This document shows positions 51,700-64,000 of a DNA stretch of 64,000 nucleotides, piece after piece. The position numbers and the translations under genes are program-made. Every line of letters starts with the position of its first letter. Position 1 is the stretch's first letter. Source of the DNA: Gnetum montanum (Eukaryota; Plantae; Gnetophyta); contig MNCI01000813.1 of NCBI GenBank assembly GCA_015680685.1, forward strand, positions 93,325 to 157,324. The letters are read 5' to 3'. The notes beneath the pieces are model-generated. The model ran no database searches, was not told the origin of the DNA, and saw nothing but the letters and a program-made list of their open reading frames with translations.

Positions 51700-54156
51700 C
51701 TCCATCATTTGCTTCCCTTTGGAAATTTGTAATGATTTAGCAATGTTTGCAACTTCTCCTCTTCTATCCTTGGATCGTGTAGCATCTAGGCTATTATGCT
51801 GATGTGTGCTAGCACTGGTACATCCCAAGGACATGGCAGTTGTAGGAACATCTGATTCTCCTTTACATACTAAGCCAGAAACTATTGTCATTCCTCCTTA
51901 AAGGCCCTAGCTTTACCTTTGAGTTCATGATAATCTATTAATTGTCTAGCTAGGTTTGAAGCAATGTTCTTCTATCCTTGATTGTTGGCTTTGACCACCT
52001 CCAATTCTAAGTTTTCCACCTATAGCTTTTGCAAAGCATCCTTTCAATCTACAAACTTTTTCTCATATAATGCATAGGTGGTTGCCACCTATTTTTCTAG
52101 CTCATTTCAAGGTCAACCTGCTATTAACATGCTTTTTGGCCTTATTTTGCCACGTGCTAATTTTAATTGGTAACTTTTGATGGATAGTGAAAATCTCCTC
52201 CATTAAGAGGGTCCTATTCTCCTTGGCCAATCTACTAATATCTTGGTTGACCCTCACCAGTTGTTCTCTCAACTAGTGGACACTCTCCTCAAGACTGTTC
52301 TTTTGGTTCTCAATTATGATCAACCTTGAGTTCTCCATTGTGAGCTACTTGTTTTCTTCTTGTGTAGTGGTCAATGCTTTTTTATATGCATGGGATTGCA
52401 CATCAGTAGCAGAGGCATTTCAGACTACCTTCTCTTTTTCTTATTCAGTAGTTGCATTCTCCTTCATTAGCTTGGTCTACTCCATCCTGAATTGTTCAAG
52501 TTAATTAGGTGCAACAAAATGGGTAGGATCCTGTCATTCAACTCTCAAGGTAGCCAACTCTTATTGTATTCTTTGTACTTTGGCTTCTGCATGCTTTGCC
52601 CTGACTTTAGTCATGACCAATTTTTCTTTTGTGGTGATGAGATTTGATTGTGCTATAGTGACATCACTAGGGATTTCAAACAAGGTAGTCATCACTTGCC
52701 CTATCTACAGTAGTGGATCCAAAACATCCTCATGCACCGCAAGAGTCATTGAAGTCCTGATGAGCATTTTTGCATCTCTAGTTCCTATTAGATCCACCAG
52801 GAGCACAATAGGCACGTTGAAGGATTCCTTATATGATTTGTGATTACTTCTACTGCACTTGTTGCATCCTCATGTTGTAGTATCACAACTATGGCACCTT
52901 CTTTAGTTTCAAGCATTACTTGGAAGGATGCAATGTTCCCAAATATCTACCATTATCATTGGGATCCTTTTCCTCCTGATTGTACCAAGATCTCCCCTCG
53001 TGTCGGATCACCTAAAACTGTGGATAATATGGCATCATTGATCACTTAGAAGAGATTAGACTCATCCTTGCTTCCCGAAATAATAGCTTCAGTGATCTTC
53101 TATAAATGGCTTATTGAGAACTTGTAATCTTGTGGTAGTAGCGATGGTAGAGCTTGTGTCAATGGGTGCTATTCAAGCTTACATTGTGTTTCTTCTTATG
53201 GCTCTACCTCCTTTTCCACTTCTTGTTTTTCAAAAAGATCTTTCCTTGGTGCTGCAAGTTTTAGGAGTTTAACAAAGAAGGCATTTGAGCTTTCTTGGGG
53301 ATATCATTCATATATCCCAAGATTCCAATGTGCTTGCACAACCTTCTGATTAGGCAAGGAAATGTAAGTATTGGTTTCCTTACCTTCTTTTCTTCAAACC
53401 ATTGTCAGATTTTAGTAAAGTAAATTGGGGAATATTGGTTGCAAATTTTCCCATTAAAATAGCACTTCCCCTGGTAGCATATGTTGAGATTTGATTGAGC
53501 CATTTTTTGGAAAAAACGTGGTATGTCTCAATCTTAAAATACATTCTCTCTTCTAGAGTAATTTCATTATATGTTTTATCCTCCTTACTGTACATCCATT
53601 TTAACCATATTTTTTTGGTCTCGAGATCAAATCTGGTTGACAAATGTGCTACCTTAATGCCTTCATTTGGTAGATTGAGAGCCATAGTAATTGCTTTGGC
53701 TAAAAAAGATATGTTTACTCAAGAAATGTTGATGGTGGTGCCCTCATCTTTATTTTTCTAGAATTGATGAGTTTCACCTAGGTACCACTTGCCACTATTT
53801 GATAAAATGGAGCACAAGGGAGACACCCTGCGTTATGTCTGAATTGCTTTCAAAGTAAACTCCATGAATGGGCTGAAATTCATTTCCATGATGACTAAGG
53901 TCAATGTAAAATTTTCTAGGATGGAAATAAGGCAATCAAGTGGCAACATCAGATGTTGCCCCTACTTGGGAGCTTGTAGTCCTACAGCCTTCCCTCAGAT
54001 CGATTGTCTAGTAGCAGGAGCCTCTTGGTGAATGCTAAAGGATTGGGCTTCCTTCTCTACATGTTCTACATGTTTGCCTTTCTAAACTCGGCCATCTCAT
54101 GGATTCTTAGCTACTTTTTGTGAGGGTTTTCCATGTGCACCTCTTTTTGGGGTGAT
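51700..54156 (-). pseudogene. env-like / putative plant transposon protein ORF with C-terminal coiled coil (element C)
   Basis: WYLGETHQF*KN..TINIS*VNISFLAKAITMALNLPNEG resembles the Y..V.EF..N..I.F..I..L.LP motif of Athila 3' ORFs. E/K/L-rich coiled-coil region ~51950-52640. Preceded by a pyrimidine-rich TGCAG acceptor at 54157-54161. Confidence 0.6.
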
Positions 54157-56299
54157 CTGCAATCAAGCAAAAATCAAGTGTTACTAAGGTTGTATTTGTT
54201 ATCATTAATCAGTTTATACCTTACTCGTTATCTTAGCTCATTAAGTTCTTAATGCATATGATCCTAGAGTTAGAAAATTTTTCAAGAAAATCCCCCAAAA
54301 AGTGTCTATCATCTATTATGACCCTTCACAATTATTTTCTTTTTCCTTATGTATGGCTTATAATTATGATTATGGTTCCTTGGGTGGAAATAGTTAGGTT
54401 TCTAGCATTAATGTGATTGATTTTTCATGATAAATTCCAAGGTTTTTAATACTTTTATCCTTATAATACCCTCTAGGTGATAGCAAATTTCAGTAATATT
54501 GCACCAGTTTCACATGCATGCATCCCCTTTCAACTATCTTGAACACTTCAGGTTTAGGTAGGTTCAAACAGTATGGAAATTAGAGTGGTAGAGAGGTAGA
54601 AATCACAAGTAGAAAATGAGTGCATAGAGCTATAAGTCATAAGAGAAAATTTGAATAGCTCCCCTAGTAGCAAATGATGAAAAGGAAGTTGGATCATTAC
54701 GGGGATCATATATATAGTTTTTGTCAGACCTGATGTTGGGTACGTGACATCATGTTTGACCCATCGCTGAGTAGGCAACATTAGGGTCCATGAATTTTCA
54801 TTGAATGGAGCAGCTAAACATGAAATTTTAAGTTGTATGATTTTTTGGAAGTTTTGAGGTTAGGTCTAGTGTTCTAGGTAAGTGAAAAAATAGTTTGAGG
54901 CACTAAAAGTATGATAAGGTGGAGTCATTGATGTGAAAAGCACTAGAATGAGCAAGAAAAAGGATGTTAAATTGCTATTGTGGGATAGATCAAGTGATAT
55001 GGAAGGGAAATAACAAAATATAACAATTGAGCACTTGAAAGGTAAAAAATTATGTGGTTGTGTCAAACAAGTATGAGTCACAAAAGTTACACAAGTGGAT
55101 CCTCCCCAAAGTAGGCTCTAACCTATGATGCCCTTGTGTAATCACAAGTAAAAATGTTCATAGGCACTAAAGGGGTTGAATGCAACGCATACTTATGAAA
55201 CAAAACACACATGTTAAAACCACCAATTTGAGATGATAACTCTATGTTACACAAAACCACAAGTTATGATCACATGAACAACAAGATGAGATGGACTATA
55301 GAAAGGACTGCAGAAATTGGAACATGAGGTGTCTTACCATGGTCATAATGAAACCTTGTATTTTATTAGTGGTTTAATAATCATGAGTCCTTCCTTCGAA
55401 GATTCAAACCAAGTCCAAACCACATTTCAGTGACATTGCATCGCTTCATCATGTCGGTGGACAACCATAAAACTATCATAGCCACAAGGATTAACATCAC
55501 TTGGCATTTTGTCCAAGGAAGTAAGTTTTTGATTGTATACATTTTTTCACTTTTCACTTCTTTGTTTTGATGGATTTTGAGAAGCCACCAACCTTCAGGC
55601 ATGGATACATGTCTTTCTAGTGGAACCTATAGAAGTTTATTCAGTGCTATTTTAAGTTACTCTTACTTCTATGTTTTATTAGATCTACAAGGATATGGTT
55701 ACAACCTCAACAAGATGATAGAATAGATAGATGTGGCCAAAGAGAATCCAAAAATCCTCTTGATGTCACACCCCTTACATTCCATCTTGGTTCTGCACTC
55801 TTCTATCTACACATAATTATGATAGATTTATTATTAGTTTGGATGATGGAAAAGATTATCATTATGACTAAGACAAGAACCTCTTATTAATGGATAAGTG
55901 GATGGATGGCATTGTCTCAATGTCCAAATAATTAGTCCCTTATGACTTGAGAACATAGAGGAAACCTCACCTCAATGGGTAACATGATTATTTTATTTAC
56001 AAGTGTGATTACATAACAAAGGAAATGAACATAACAAAGAGAAAAAATAGGAAAAATTGGAAGAAATAGGAATAATTGTTTCAAGAAATAGGAAAATAAC
56101 AACAAACTGTAAAACAAAAAGATGAAAAACACATAAGAATCCTAAAGACTAGAATGGGGGGTAAATCCCATGACTAAACATTTGGCTATGAAAAGGATTA
56201 ATAAGTGGATAAATAAGATCCATGCACATGTGAAACATTGGTAACCATCTAGGCCCTAGCCACTGGGTGTCTACTTGTGGTGTGATGGCTATGTAGAAA

Positions 56300-58590
56300 A
56301 ATTGTTGGTTACCCACTTGATGGCTAAATATATAGTAGGTTAGGGTATGAGGTGTGTTAACATTATGGATGGATGACCCATGATTGCACCCTTAATCATG
56401 ATATGATATTCATGGATTTATTTGTCTCTCCACACTATTAGATTCATTATTTAGCTTTGGGATTGGAGTACTAATGGATGGTGGCCCTTATGTATGATCA
56501 GAGGATGTTGATTGAGACAAGGAAGGTGGTGCACCAAATTGGCCTTGTGTTAGCTCAGATGATACAGTGGGTCCATGCATGGTCTACTTTGGCTTATGGC
56601 CTTTCCTCTAGAAGGAATGTTTCCTACGTGATGGTTGAGACCCATTGGTGTCAGCATGTTTATGCACATTTTCAACACAAGTGACATTCATTTGTTGATA
56701 TTGTGGTATCAAACCTTCTTATGTTATTGGTAGTGGCATATAATAAGGTGAAGTGTGAGAATATCATGGGTAGGATGAATGGTAAGAGGCATGAGATGGT
56801 GATCCCTCAAGGGATGTCATGGCTTGATGCTACTTAAGAGAGTGGCAGTGGAAATTTGAAGTAGAGGATGTAAAACTAGTTGGAAAAATAAGGTGTTGAA
56901 CATAATATTTGTGCAGTTTTAGCAAATAATACTAATTTGGTGATGGTCCCCCACAACTATGGTTGTTGCCACTATAGTTGATGATCATGTTGAGGCTAGT
57001 AATAAGTCCCCCTAGATGGTATGATCAGTCATGGAACTATCTATAATTACCTTGTGGGAGAGGAAACCTCCCAGGCACGTGCTTTGCACAAACTTTAGAT
57101 TTAAGACACCTAGCCAATACTCATATAGCTACAAAAATATGGGTAATGGCTCTTCAAATGTTCATATATGTAGATGTTACATCCATTATCTTCATTTGTG
57201 GTTGAGTCTATAGCCTCACTTACTTTAACCATTTTTCCTATTTGTCAAAAAGTGTTCTTAGCAATTTCTTGGTTCTGTATTATTTGTTTATTGTGATTGC
57301 TTGGCTATTTTGCATGATCCTCTCCTCGACTGTCTCAATGAGAGTTATAATGTTTTCATATATCCATTTGGACATCCTATTTAACTTTTCTTCTAGTTCA
57401 TCAATAGACTCCTGTATCAACAAGGTTTGTTTTTGAATCACCTTAGTGAGAGCGGTTTCATTCTTCTTACCATAGATTTAGACCTCCTTCTATTGAAGAG
57501 TTGAGTCCCATTGATATTTCTTGATATTATCCCATTTTCATATCCCTCCTTCTTCTTTTTCCACATGATCGATTAGCTCTTTGATTTGATGGGCTTGAAG
57601 CTTGTATAATTGCCCTGGGGCATACATCCCAAGGATCTCCCTTGTTTCATCACGAAGCCCATCTTTGATGTGGAAAATTTTCCTTTCATTGGAGAAAACA
57701 TGGCTTGGAAATCTATTTAGTAAGGCATAATATCTCCCTAAGTTCATGTCCAAGGGTTCATGTTGTTCTCACTTCCACTTTTGGATCTATCCCCTCAAAT
57801 TGGACAATCTTACATAGGTTTGGTACTTATCGTTGAATAGCTCTAGCATTGTGGACCATCGTCGAATTGAATTTGGTCTTAATGATCTATACCACATTTT
57901 CGCTCTATTAATTAGTATCCTAGGAAAGAGCTTAAGCTTTTACCACCTACTTTCAATGTTGTAGAAAGTGCAGGCATCATGGAAGGCTTGTAAATGATAT
58001 TTTGAATCTAAATCATAGCCTCCCATAAATTTAGGAATGTTGTTCATATCAAGCTTGGGTAGGTGACTCTTTTTGTGATGCCTACAAGATATATTAATAG
58101 CCTCTATGATCTACATTAGGCTCTTAGTGGCCAACAAGGGTTCACCATCATCAAACATGTTGTAAGAGAAATTCCTATCTCCATTTGTTTGATTCTGAGG
58201 ATTTTCTCTATGTTCATGATGACATCTTTGACTTTTCTTGTGGGTTTGATTTCAATTTTAAATCCAATCCTTTAGTGGAACTTTATCTTCATGCCCATGT
58301 TTATCTTTATCAGAACTAGACATTAAAAGGGGAGAGGAAGATGAGGCATTGGTATAATTTCCATGGCTTCTATGGTGTTCTTCAGGGTCCCTTGATTTGT
58401 TGTTTCTAGTTTTTGAGGAGGTCTTAGGCCTTGAGGCCTCCCCTAGTTTAGGACTTATTTCATCTCCTCCAAGTTTATCTACCTTTGGTGAATGTATTCT
58501 TTGAGTGTTGTTAGGATGGTCATGATCATAAGAAACCCCTACATAAGGTTGGTCACTCCAATTTTCTTCATCATATATCTTGCTAGTTCT
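56300..58590 (-). pseudogene. Gag of element C (capsid and knuckle), no recognisable protease
   Basis: LDMNNIPKFMGGY..LKLFPRIL..FNDKYQTY and RYYALLNRFPSH..DGLRDETREILG (57538-57753) are homologous to elements A and B. Degenerate knuckle at ~57150-57185. Confidence 0.8.
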
Positions 58591-61500
58591 TCAATGAATG
58601 TGTTTACTATATAGTGCATGGTCACTTCCATGTGAGAGAGACATTTTCATTGGTTTATGGTGTATGTGAGCTAATAGTTTTTGAAAGATATATTGTTAAT
58701 ACCTTTTATAATGATCGTGTATAATATAACTAATCTAGGTAACTAGCACCATCCCTAGCAATAGCGCCAATGATGAGTAGCAAGGTACCCCTACGCTTAA
58801 TCATACAAATCACAAGCATTCACGCATGATCCAGTCAAATTCTATGGATGGGATTAGTTGTGGTATCTAGGTCATTATTCTCTAATGATAGTTTGCTATC
58901 TTCCCACTTGGACTAGTGGTAGCTTTGTCACATATGGTTTAGTTTAAAGTGAGGCTTATGATGTTGTCTAATTTCTATGCTACTCTTAATGATGAAAAAT
59001 GGATGAATTAATTGAGCTACTGAACAATGGAAAACAAGATCTAAACTAGCCTATGTGCAATGAGTATCTACTCTTAATCATCTGTATACATCTTGGACTT
59101 TGTGAGACTACTTCCAGGATTGTCAAGTGTATGTCACTAGGTGTGCTAAATGATACACTTCTAGATTACCAAGTATCTACACTTAAATGCTCATGATTAA
59201 GACGTATGCATTCTGCTTCATGAAAAAAATTGTAAATAACAATAAATGGAAACATTTAACTAAAGAAAATAGTAAATTATTAACAATTAAAAATAATAAC
59301 AATATAAGTGGATGTTACAATGATGGGAGTAATCTCAATCTTTATTGCTAGTCATGTAATGTGTCTAAGTATGTCACACTTGAACAAAGGTGTCGTATAA
59401 TTACAAACATCACATTGTGAACATGCAATAGGAATAATAGGACTCTAAGAAGACTATCAACAACTAGAAACTAAACTATCTTTCCTACTACTTATTACAT
59501 GTCTCAACTAGGGGCCCAAGTGTTGTATTTATAGGTGAACCTAGAGGAGATGACATTAGATATTTGTTGTCTTTTCATGGCTTTGGCATTGGGTATCTAA
59601 CATTGGGGCTTTGACGTTAGGTATTTGACATTGGGATCTGACAAATTGATGACTCATCACTCTTGTAACAGTGCCCATTAACATACCTCTACATTTTTTG
59701 GGAACTACTCATGGTACTACCTTGTCTATGTAAACTTGTATTGCATGACCTTTAACTCGACTGATACTCTATGGACTTACTCTTCTAGCTTGTTGCATGG
59801 TCTCCCTATGGAAGTTTAGATAACATATGGATACCTTCTTCTCTTAGATTGTACATCTTCCTTATCTTTCTTAAGTCTTCTCTAAAGGACTACTACTTCT
59901 ACTTCATAGTAGAGGATATATATGTCCTCTAAGAGGTTGATATTCTCTTTAAGTGTTGGCTCACTTGTGACTATGTGATGGAGTTTGACATTCAAGCAAT
60001 CATGTTTCTTCTTAATGTTTCACCACTCTCCAATCATCCTCTCATTCAAAAGAGCTAATAATTTGTATAATTCTTATCCCTTGATATCCTAGGTTTCTTG
60101 CTTAATTATTTGTACCTTTATAACCTTGTTAATTTTCTAGGTTTTCTTTTTTGGTAGCTCTTTTTACAAGTTCTAGTCCTCCTTTTTAGTATGAAATTAT
60201 TTGTCCCAAAACTATACCATGGTTTAGCTCTCATCCTCAAGCCTTCATACTTGGTGAAAAATATTACATATCTCATNATTTCATCCTCAAGCCTTCATAC
60301 TTGGTGAAAAATATTACATATCTCATTTTTATTTTTTTAGCTAATCCTCTTTCATTCCTTGGATTGATGCTTTGGCATGCAAATATACCTCTCTAGATGA
60401 TTATTTATGAATAATGCTTCTTCCTCAACTTGTTGTACCTTTAATAGTTTAGCTTGCATGTCCTCAATCCATACCTCAAGTATGATAGATTAGGGTCTGA
60501 GTGCCAACATTATAATATTCTCCAACTATTGTGTTAACCATCACTACAACTTCGTAGATAGAATGTCCTATTAGCATTAGTGGTTTAAAACTCAACTTGT
60601 GCTTCACCAAATTCATCATCATAGTGCTATCAATATTCCTTAGCATGATCAATGGGTACCTATAAGATATTTACAGCATAATGGATGTTGTGTAGACTAC
60701 ACCTCGATCAATGTAAAGAAGAGATTCTCCTTGATGGCACATTATTTTATGACAGAATGGGACTTCCATGTTGTGTTAGGGGTAGATTAGTCAATAATGG
60801 AGAAGGAAATACAAGAAGATCCCCCCTTATACTATCATCACTCATTATGGTTCCTAACATGTCTAGAAAACTACTACCAAGCTCCTATGATCCCTTTGCA
60901 TGGCTCATTTCTACTTGACCCTTTTCTTATATGTGCATAATGAGTCAAAATCCACCATTAGGAAGAGGTTCTTGGCTTTGTCTAATGTTGAAGCTAAGTG
61001 ATTAGGACATTGATCAGCTAGGTTACCATACTTGAACTTGTAATAATGCTTAAGGTACTATAGGTACCCTTATTGATCTTGTACGAAGCTGATTTGATGA
61101 TTTAACTTGGAATGTCTCCATAATTGGCATCTCATTTCTTGAATTAGGTACCATTCCTATGGCTTCAAGGAATTGTGTTGGAATAACAACCATGAAATTC
61201 TCCTAGTCTACCATCCTTGTTGAAGATGATTGATTATGCCCACTAACTTGCATAACTTTCTAATTAGCCTTGCAGAAAATGAAGTGTTAGCCTCATATAT
61301 TTACTTTATCATGATGTGATATATTGTTTCTCATGGATATTGAATTGGTGCTATGACAATATATTATAATTAGTGGTTGTCTAGAAATTCCATTTTCGCT
61401 AGAAGAATATGAAGCCACATTGCTTGTTTTGCTTCTTCTAAGAGAGTAACCACCTTGACTTTTGCTATTGAAAGAATAATATGGTTCACTTCATAGTACA

Positions 61501-61639
61501 CCATGAAATTAGTAAATTATTTAAGTAAAAATAATAACCTAATATAAATTTTTCATATTCAAAAATATTTCATTTAGCATCAGTGAATTCATAGATGACA
61601 TTACTATCATCATTTGGTCCATAGAAGAGATCATATGAG

Positions 61640-62320
61640 TGTGTACCCTTAAGATACCAGAGAATATGTATGGATGCTAGATAATGTGATCTTCTAGGCT
61701 CTTTCATGAATTGGAAAAGATAAATCACATTAAATTAAATATTCGATCTAATGATGATTAGTTACATGAGAGTTTCAATTAGCGGTTGGTATAAGGTTAG
61801 ATAAACCTTTGGAGTTTCATCCTTCTTGGATAATTTAATATTTTATGGAACACTAGTATTAGAAGGATTATGATTATTCATTCAAAACATTTTTTGAGTG
61901 AGGGAAATACCATATTAATTTTGGATAACTTGAAGATCAAGAAAATAGTATATTATTCCAAGGTTATTCATCTCAGATTTCTTTTTTATTGTAGCAAGGA
62001 ATTTTTTATTCATTAGTGTAGAAGATGAGATATAAATCAAATCATCTACATAAAGGTATACTGATATGAAATCTTCTCCTTCTTTTCTCTTGTAGATGGT
62101 CGTTTGGACATCAAGATTTTGAAAGCCAAATTAGATGAAGAAATTATGGATTTTCTTGTACCAAGCTTGAGATACTTGTTTAAGCATGTATAAAGCTTTG
62201 TAAAGGTGGTAGCCATGGCTTGGATGCTCTTGATTACAAACCCTTTTAATTGTGCAAGATAAACTTCCTCTATAAGATGGCCATTTAGAAAGGTTGAGGC
62301 AAAGGAAAGCCTCACTCACT
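61640..62320 (-). pseudogene. Ty1/Copia RT fragment (second copy)
   Basis: FLNGHLIEEVYLAQLKGF; LYKALYMLKQVSQAWY; LYVDDLI; LGIILYFL. Confidence 0.85.
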
Positions 62321-62324
62321 TAAN

Positions 62325-62795
62325 TGGCTATAAAGTAGAGGACTGCAACAAAGGATCAATTGGTCTCCCAAGGGGAAGCGAAGGCCTCCTTAAAAAATTG
62401 GGCTTTCTTCTCGAATAGCTACGTCTCTCTTCATTGAGTCACATGTAAATGGGCAAGGGGATCTCTAGGGGCTAAGAAACTATTAGATGATAATTTTCTC
62501 TCTTTCTTCTCCTATTTTTCTTAGGGTGACAGTGGGACAATTGACACACTCGGATGGTGACTGTGGAAGGTAGATTCTATAGTCATATTTCTTAATTCTT
62601 GGTAACAAACTAGCTACAGTCAGTAGTGGTAGAGCTACGTTGACAATGGTCAATAATCTCAGTAGGAAACCAAGAGGCAACCATTTTCTTTTCCTATTTT
62701 GTGCTAGACTCATGATTGTGGCACATGTAGGATTGGAGATAGCAACACATCTATCATCACATGATAGTAGGATTTGGTAACTTATTATCTCTCTC

Positions 62796-62844
<49 letters not shown>

Positions 62845-64000
62845 CTTTGTTAGGGTGTTGTGGTAGTTGACAGCAGTAGTTACAGGTATGGATTCTATAG
62901 TTCTATTCTATTTTTGGTGGGAAGTTCATCCATAGCAAGGTTCTCCAAACAGGGACAAATTTTCCTACTCATGCTAGTGATGGGGCACATTTTATCTATG
63001 CATCAGAGATGTGTTAGTAGGTCTCTTCATCCAACCTCTTCTCTCTCTCTCCCTCTTCTGGTGACTATAGGTAGTGTTAGCTATGGCAGCATCTACAATG
63101 GATTGGCAGCAAATGATGGTAGTAGCCGAGAAGCATGGAAAATTTATTTTAGTTACCTTTTGCATTCTTGAGTTTTAGACACTCATTTCAATTAAAATTT
63201 TTATTTTTTAGTGTTTTCAAAGGGCCACGTAGCCTTCTCCAACTGAGACTATTCCTAGGTTTCTGTACCCATATGGGAGGTACCCTAGGCAAGAGTCTCC
63301 TCAAATGAGTTTTTCTTTCCTAGTGTTGGTGCATCCAAAATTTATACATCAACACCTTTTTGGTGCTAGAAGGAGAGCCTTTCTCCTACCTTTTGTTTAT
63401 CAGCTATTTTTGCCATTTTCTTATGGCTATTTTGTTTTTCGATCCTATCTTGGAACTTATTCATTTTTTTAAAAAAAGGCTTTGTATTCAGATCTTTTAT
63501 TTTCTTCCTTTTTTTATTCTTCTTATTTTTTGAAAATTATTATTCCAAAAATAATTTTTTTATAATCCTCATTTTCTAGTTTCATTTTCAAATTTCTAAT
63601 TTTGGTGGTTCTTACTTGAGTCCTATGTTAGATTTCATGGTTTTTGTTGTTCCTTACACTTGCATGCAATTTGTTGTTTTGGGGCTAACTGTTGTGGCCA
63701 ACCTCGTCCATGCTATTGCATAGGGCCATGATCAATGAAATTGTCTTGTAAAATTATATACCATTTCAACAAGTAATGTTAATGTGTGGGATGGTGAATT
63801 GATGTGTGAGAAGGTGAATCGACGTGCGAGAAGGTGGATCAACATGTGTGGAGGTAAACCAATGTGTAGGAAGGTGGACCAACATGTGGGGAGCTAAAAT
63901 GTCACTAGCAAGTAGCTATAAAGCAAAGTACTGCAAAGAAAGGATCTATTGGTCTCCTAAGGGGAAGCAAGGGCCTTCTTAATAAATTGGGCTCTTTTCC
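62325..64000 (+). mobile_element. Miniature Tat-family LTR element: 5' LTR (<62325-63354), ~545-bp internal region, 3' LTR from 63900 (runs off the window)
   Basis: 62326-62410 is repeated at 63915-64000. LTR end hairpin at 63324-63354; PBS-like tggtgctagaaggagag at 63361-63377; PPT-like gtggggagctaaaa|TGTC at 63900. Confidence 0.75.
63781..63890. repeat. 20-bp degenerate tandem repeat (about 5.5 units) just upstream of the PPT
   Basis: aatgtgtgggatggtgaatt / gatgtgtgagaaggtgaatc / gacgtgcgagaaggtggatc / aacatgtgtggaggtaaacc / aatgtgtaggaaggtggacc. Confidence 0.9.

Larger units (their letters stand above)
50625..59659 (-). mobile_element. Athila-like element C: complete, non-autonomous (gag plus env-like 3' ORF)
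   Basis: LTRs 50625-51472 and 58771-59659; perfect TSD CTCTT (50620-50624, 59660-59664); PBS ttggcgctattgctaggga (58752-58770); same LTR terminus and 3' motif as element B. Confidence 0.95.
42047..61300 (-). mobile_element. Older Athila-like host element: 3' LTR (42047-42969 plus 49985-50026) and 3' internal region (50027-50624, 59660-~61300), interrupted by elements B and C
   Basis: Athila-type PPT gtggggtttgggggagg|TGATTAC at 50026-50043. LTR end ..cctctatCA at 42047. Sequence is continuous across both TSDs. Degenerate coiled-coil-like ORF at ~59700-61260. Confidence 0.65.

Noticed and set aside
63781-63890. Tandem arrays (also 26310-26540 and 10650-10935) considered as CRISPR-like repeat-spacer arrays
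   Set aside because: Units are degenerate head-to-tail repeats without unique constant-length spacers, there are no cas-like genes, and the context is eukaryotic TE sequence.

Overview
This is AT-rich, CpG/CHG-depleted plant heterochromatin made almost entirely of nested, mostly degenerate retrotransposons. I recognise no host protein-coding gene, rRNA, tRNA or CRISPR array. An RTEX-like LINE and a Tat element with PR-aRH-RT order suggest a non-angiosperm land plant such as a gymnosperm or fern (inference). Resolved elements: an Athila-like pol relic (~3050-4630); a CRM-like gag-protease-only LTR element (4941-9324); a Copia LTR with multiple PPTs (10030-11088); a Tat deletion derivative (~11380-17010) plus miniature Tat elements sharing a 31-bp terminal hairpin (25260-33432, 62325-64000); RTEX-like LINEs; a full-length L1 with a 14-bp TSD (35512-40740) and a 5'-truncated relative; and a Copia relic. 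The most interesting part is a set of three sibling Athila-like elements (A 26798-~31240, B 42970-49984 with TSD AGATG, C 50625-59659 with TSD CTCTT). B and C are structurally complete yet lack RT/RNase H/integrase; A is 3'-truncated. The siblings carry complementary cargo: Gag with an unrecognised N-terminal domain plus protease, versus Gag plus a splice-acceptor-led env-like ORF. Their U3 promoter modules are unrelated to each other and built from short palindromes/repeats. All alignments were made by eye.
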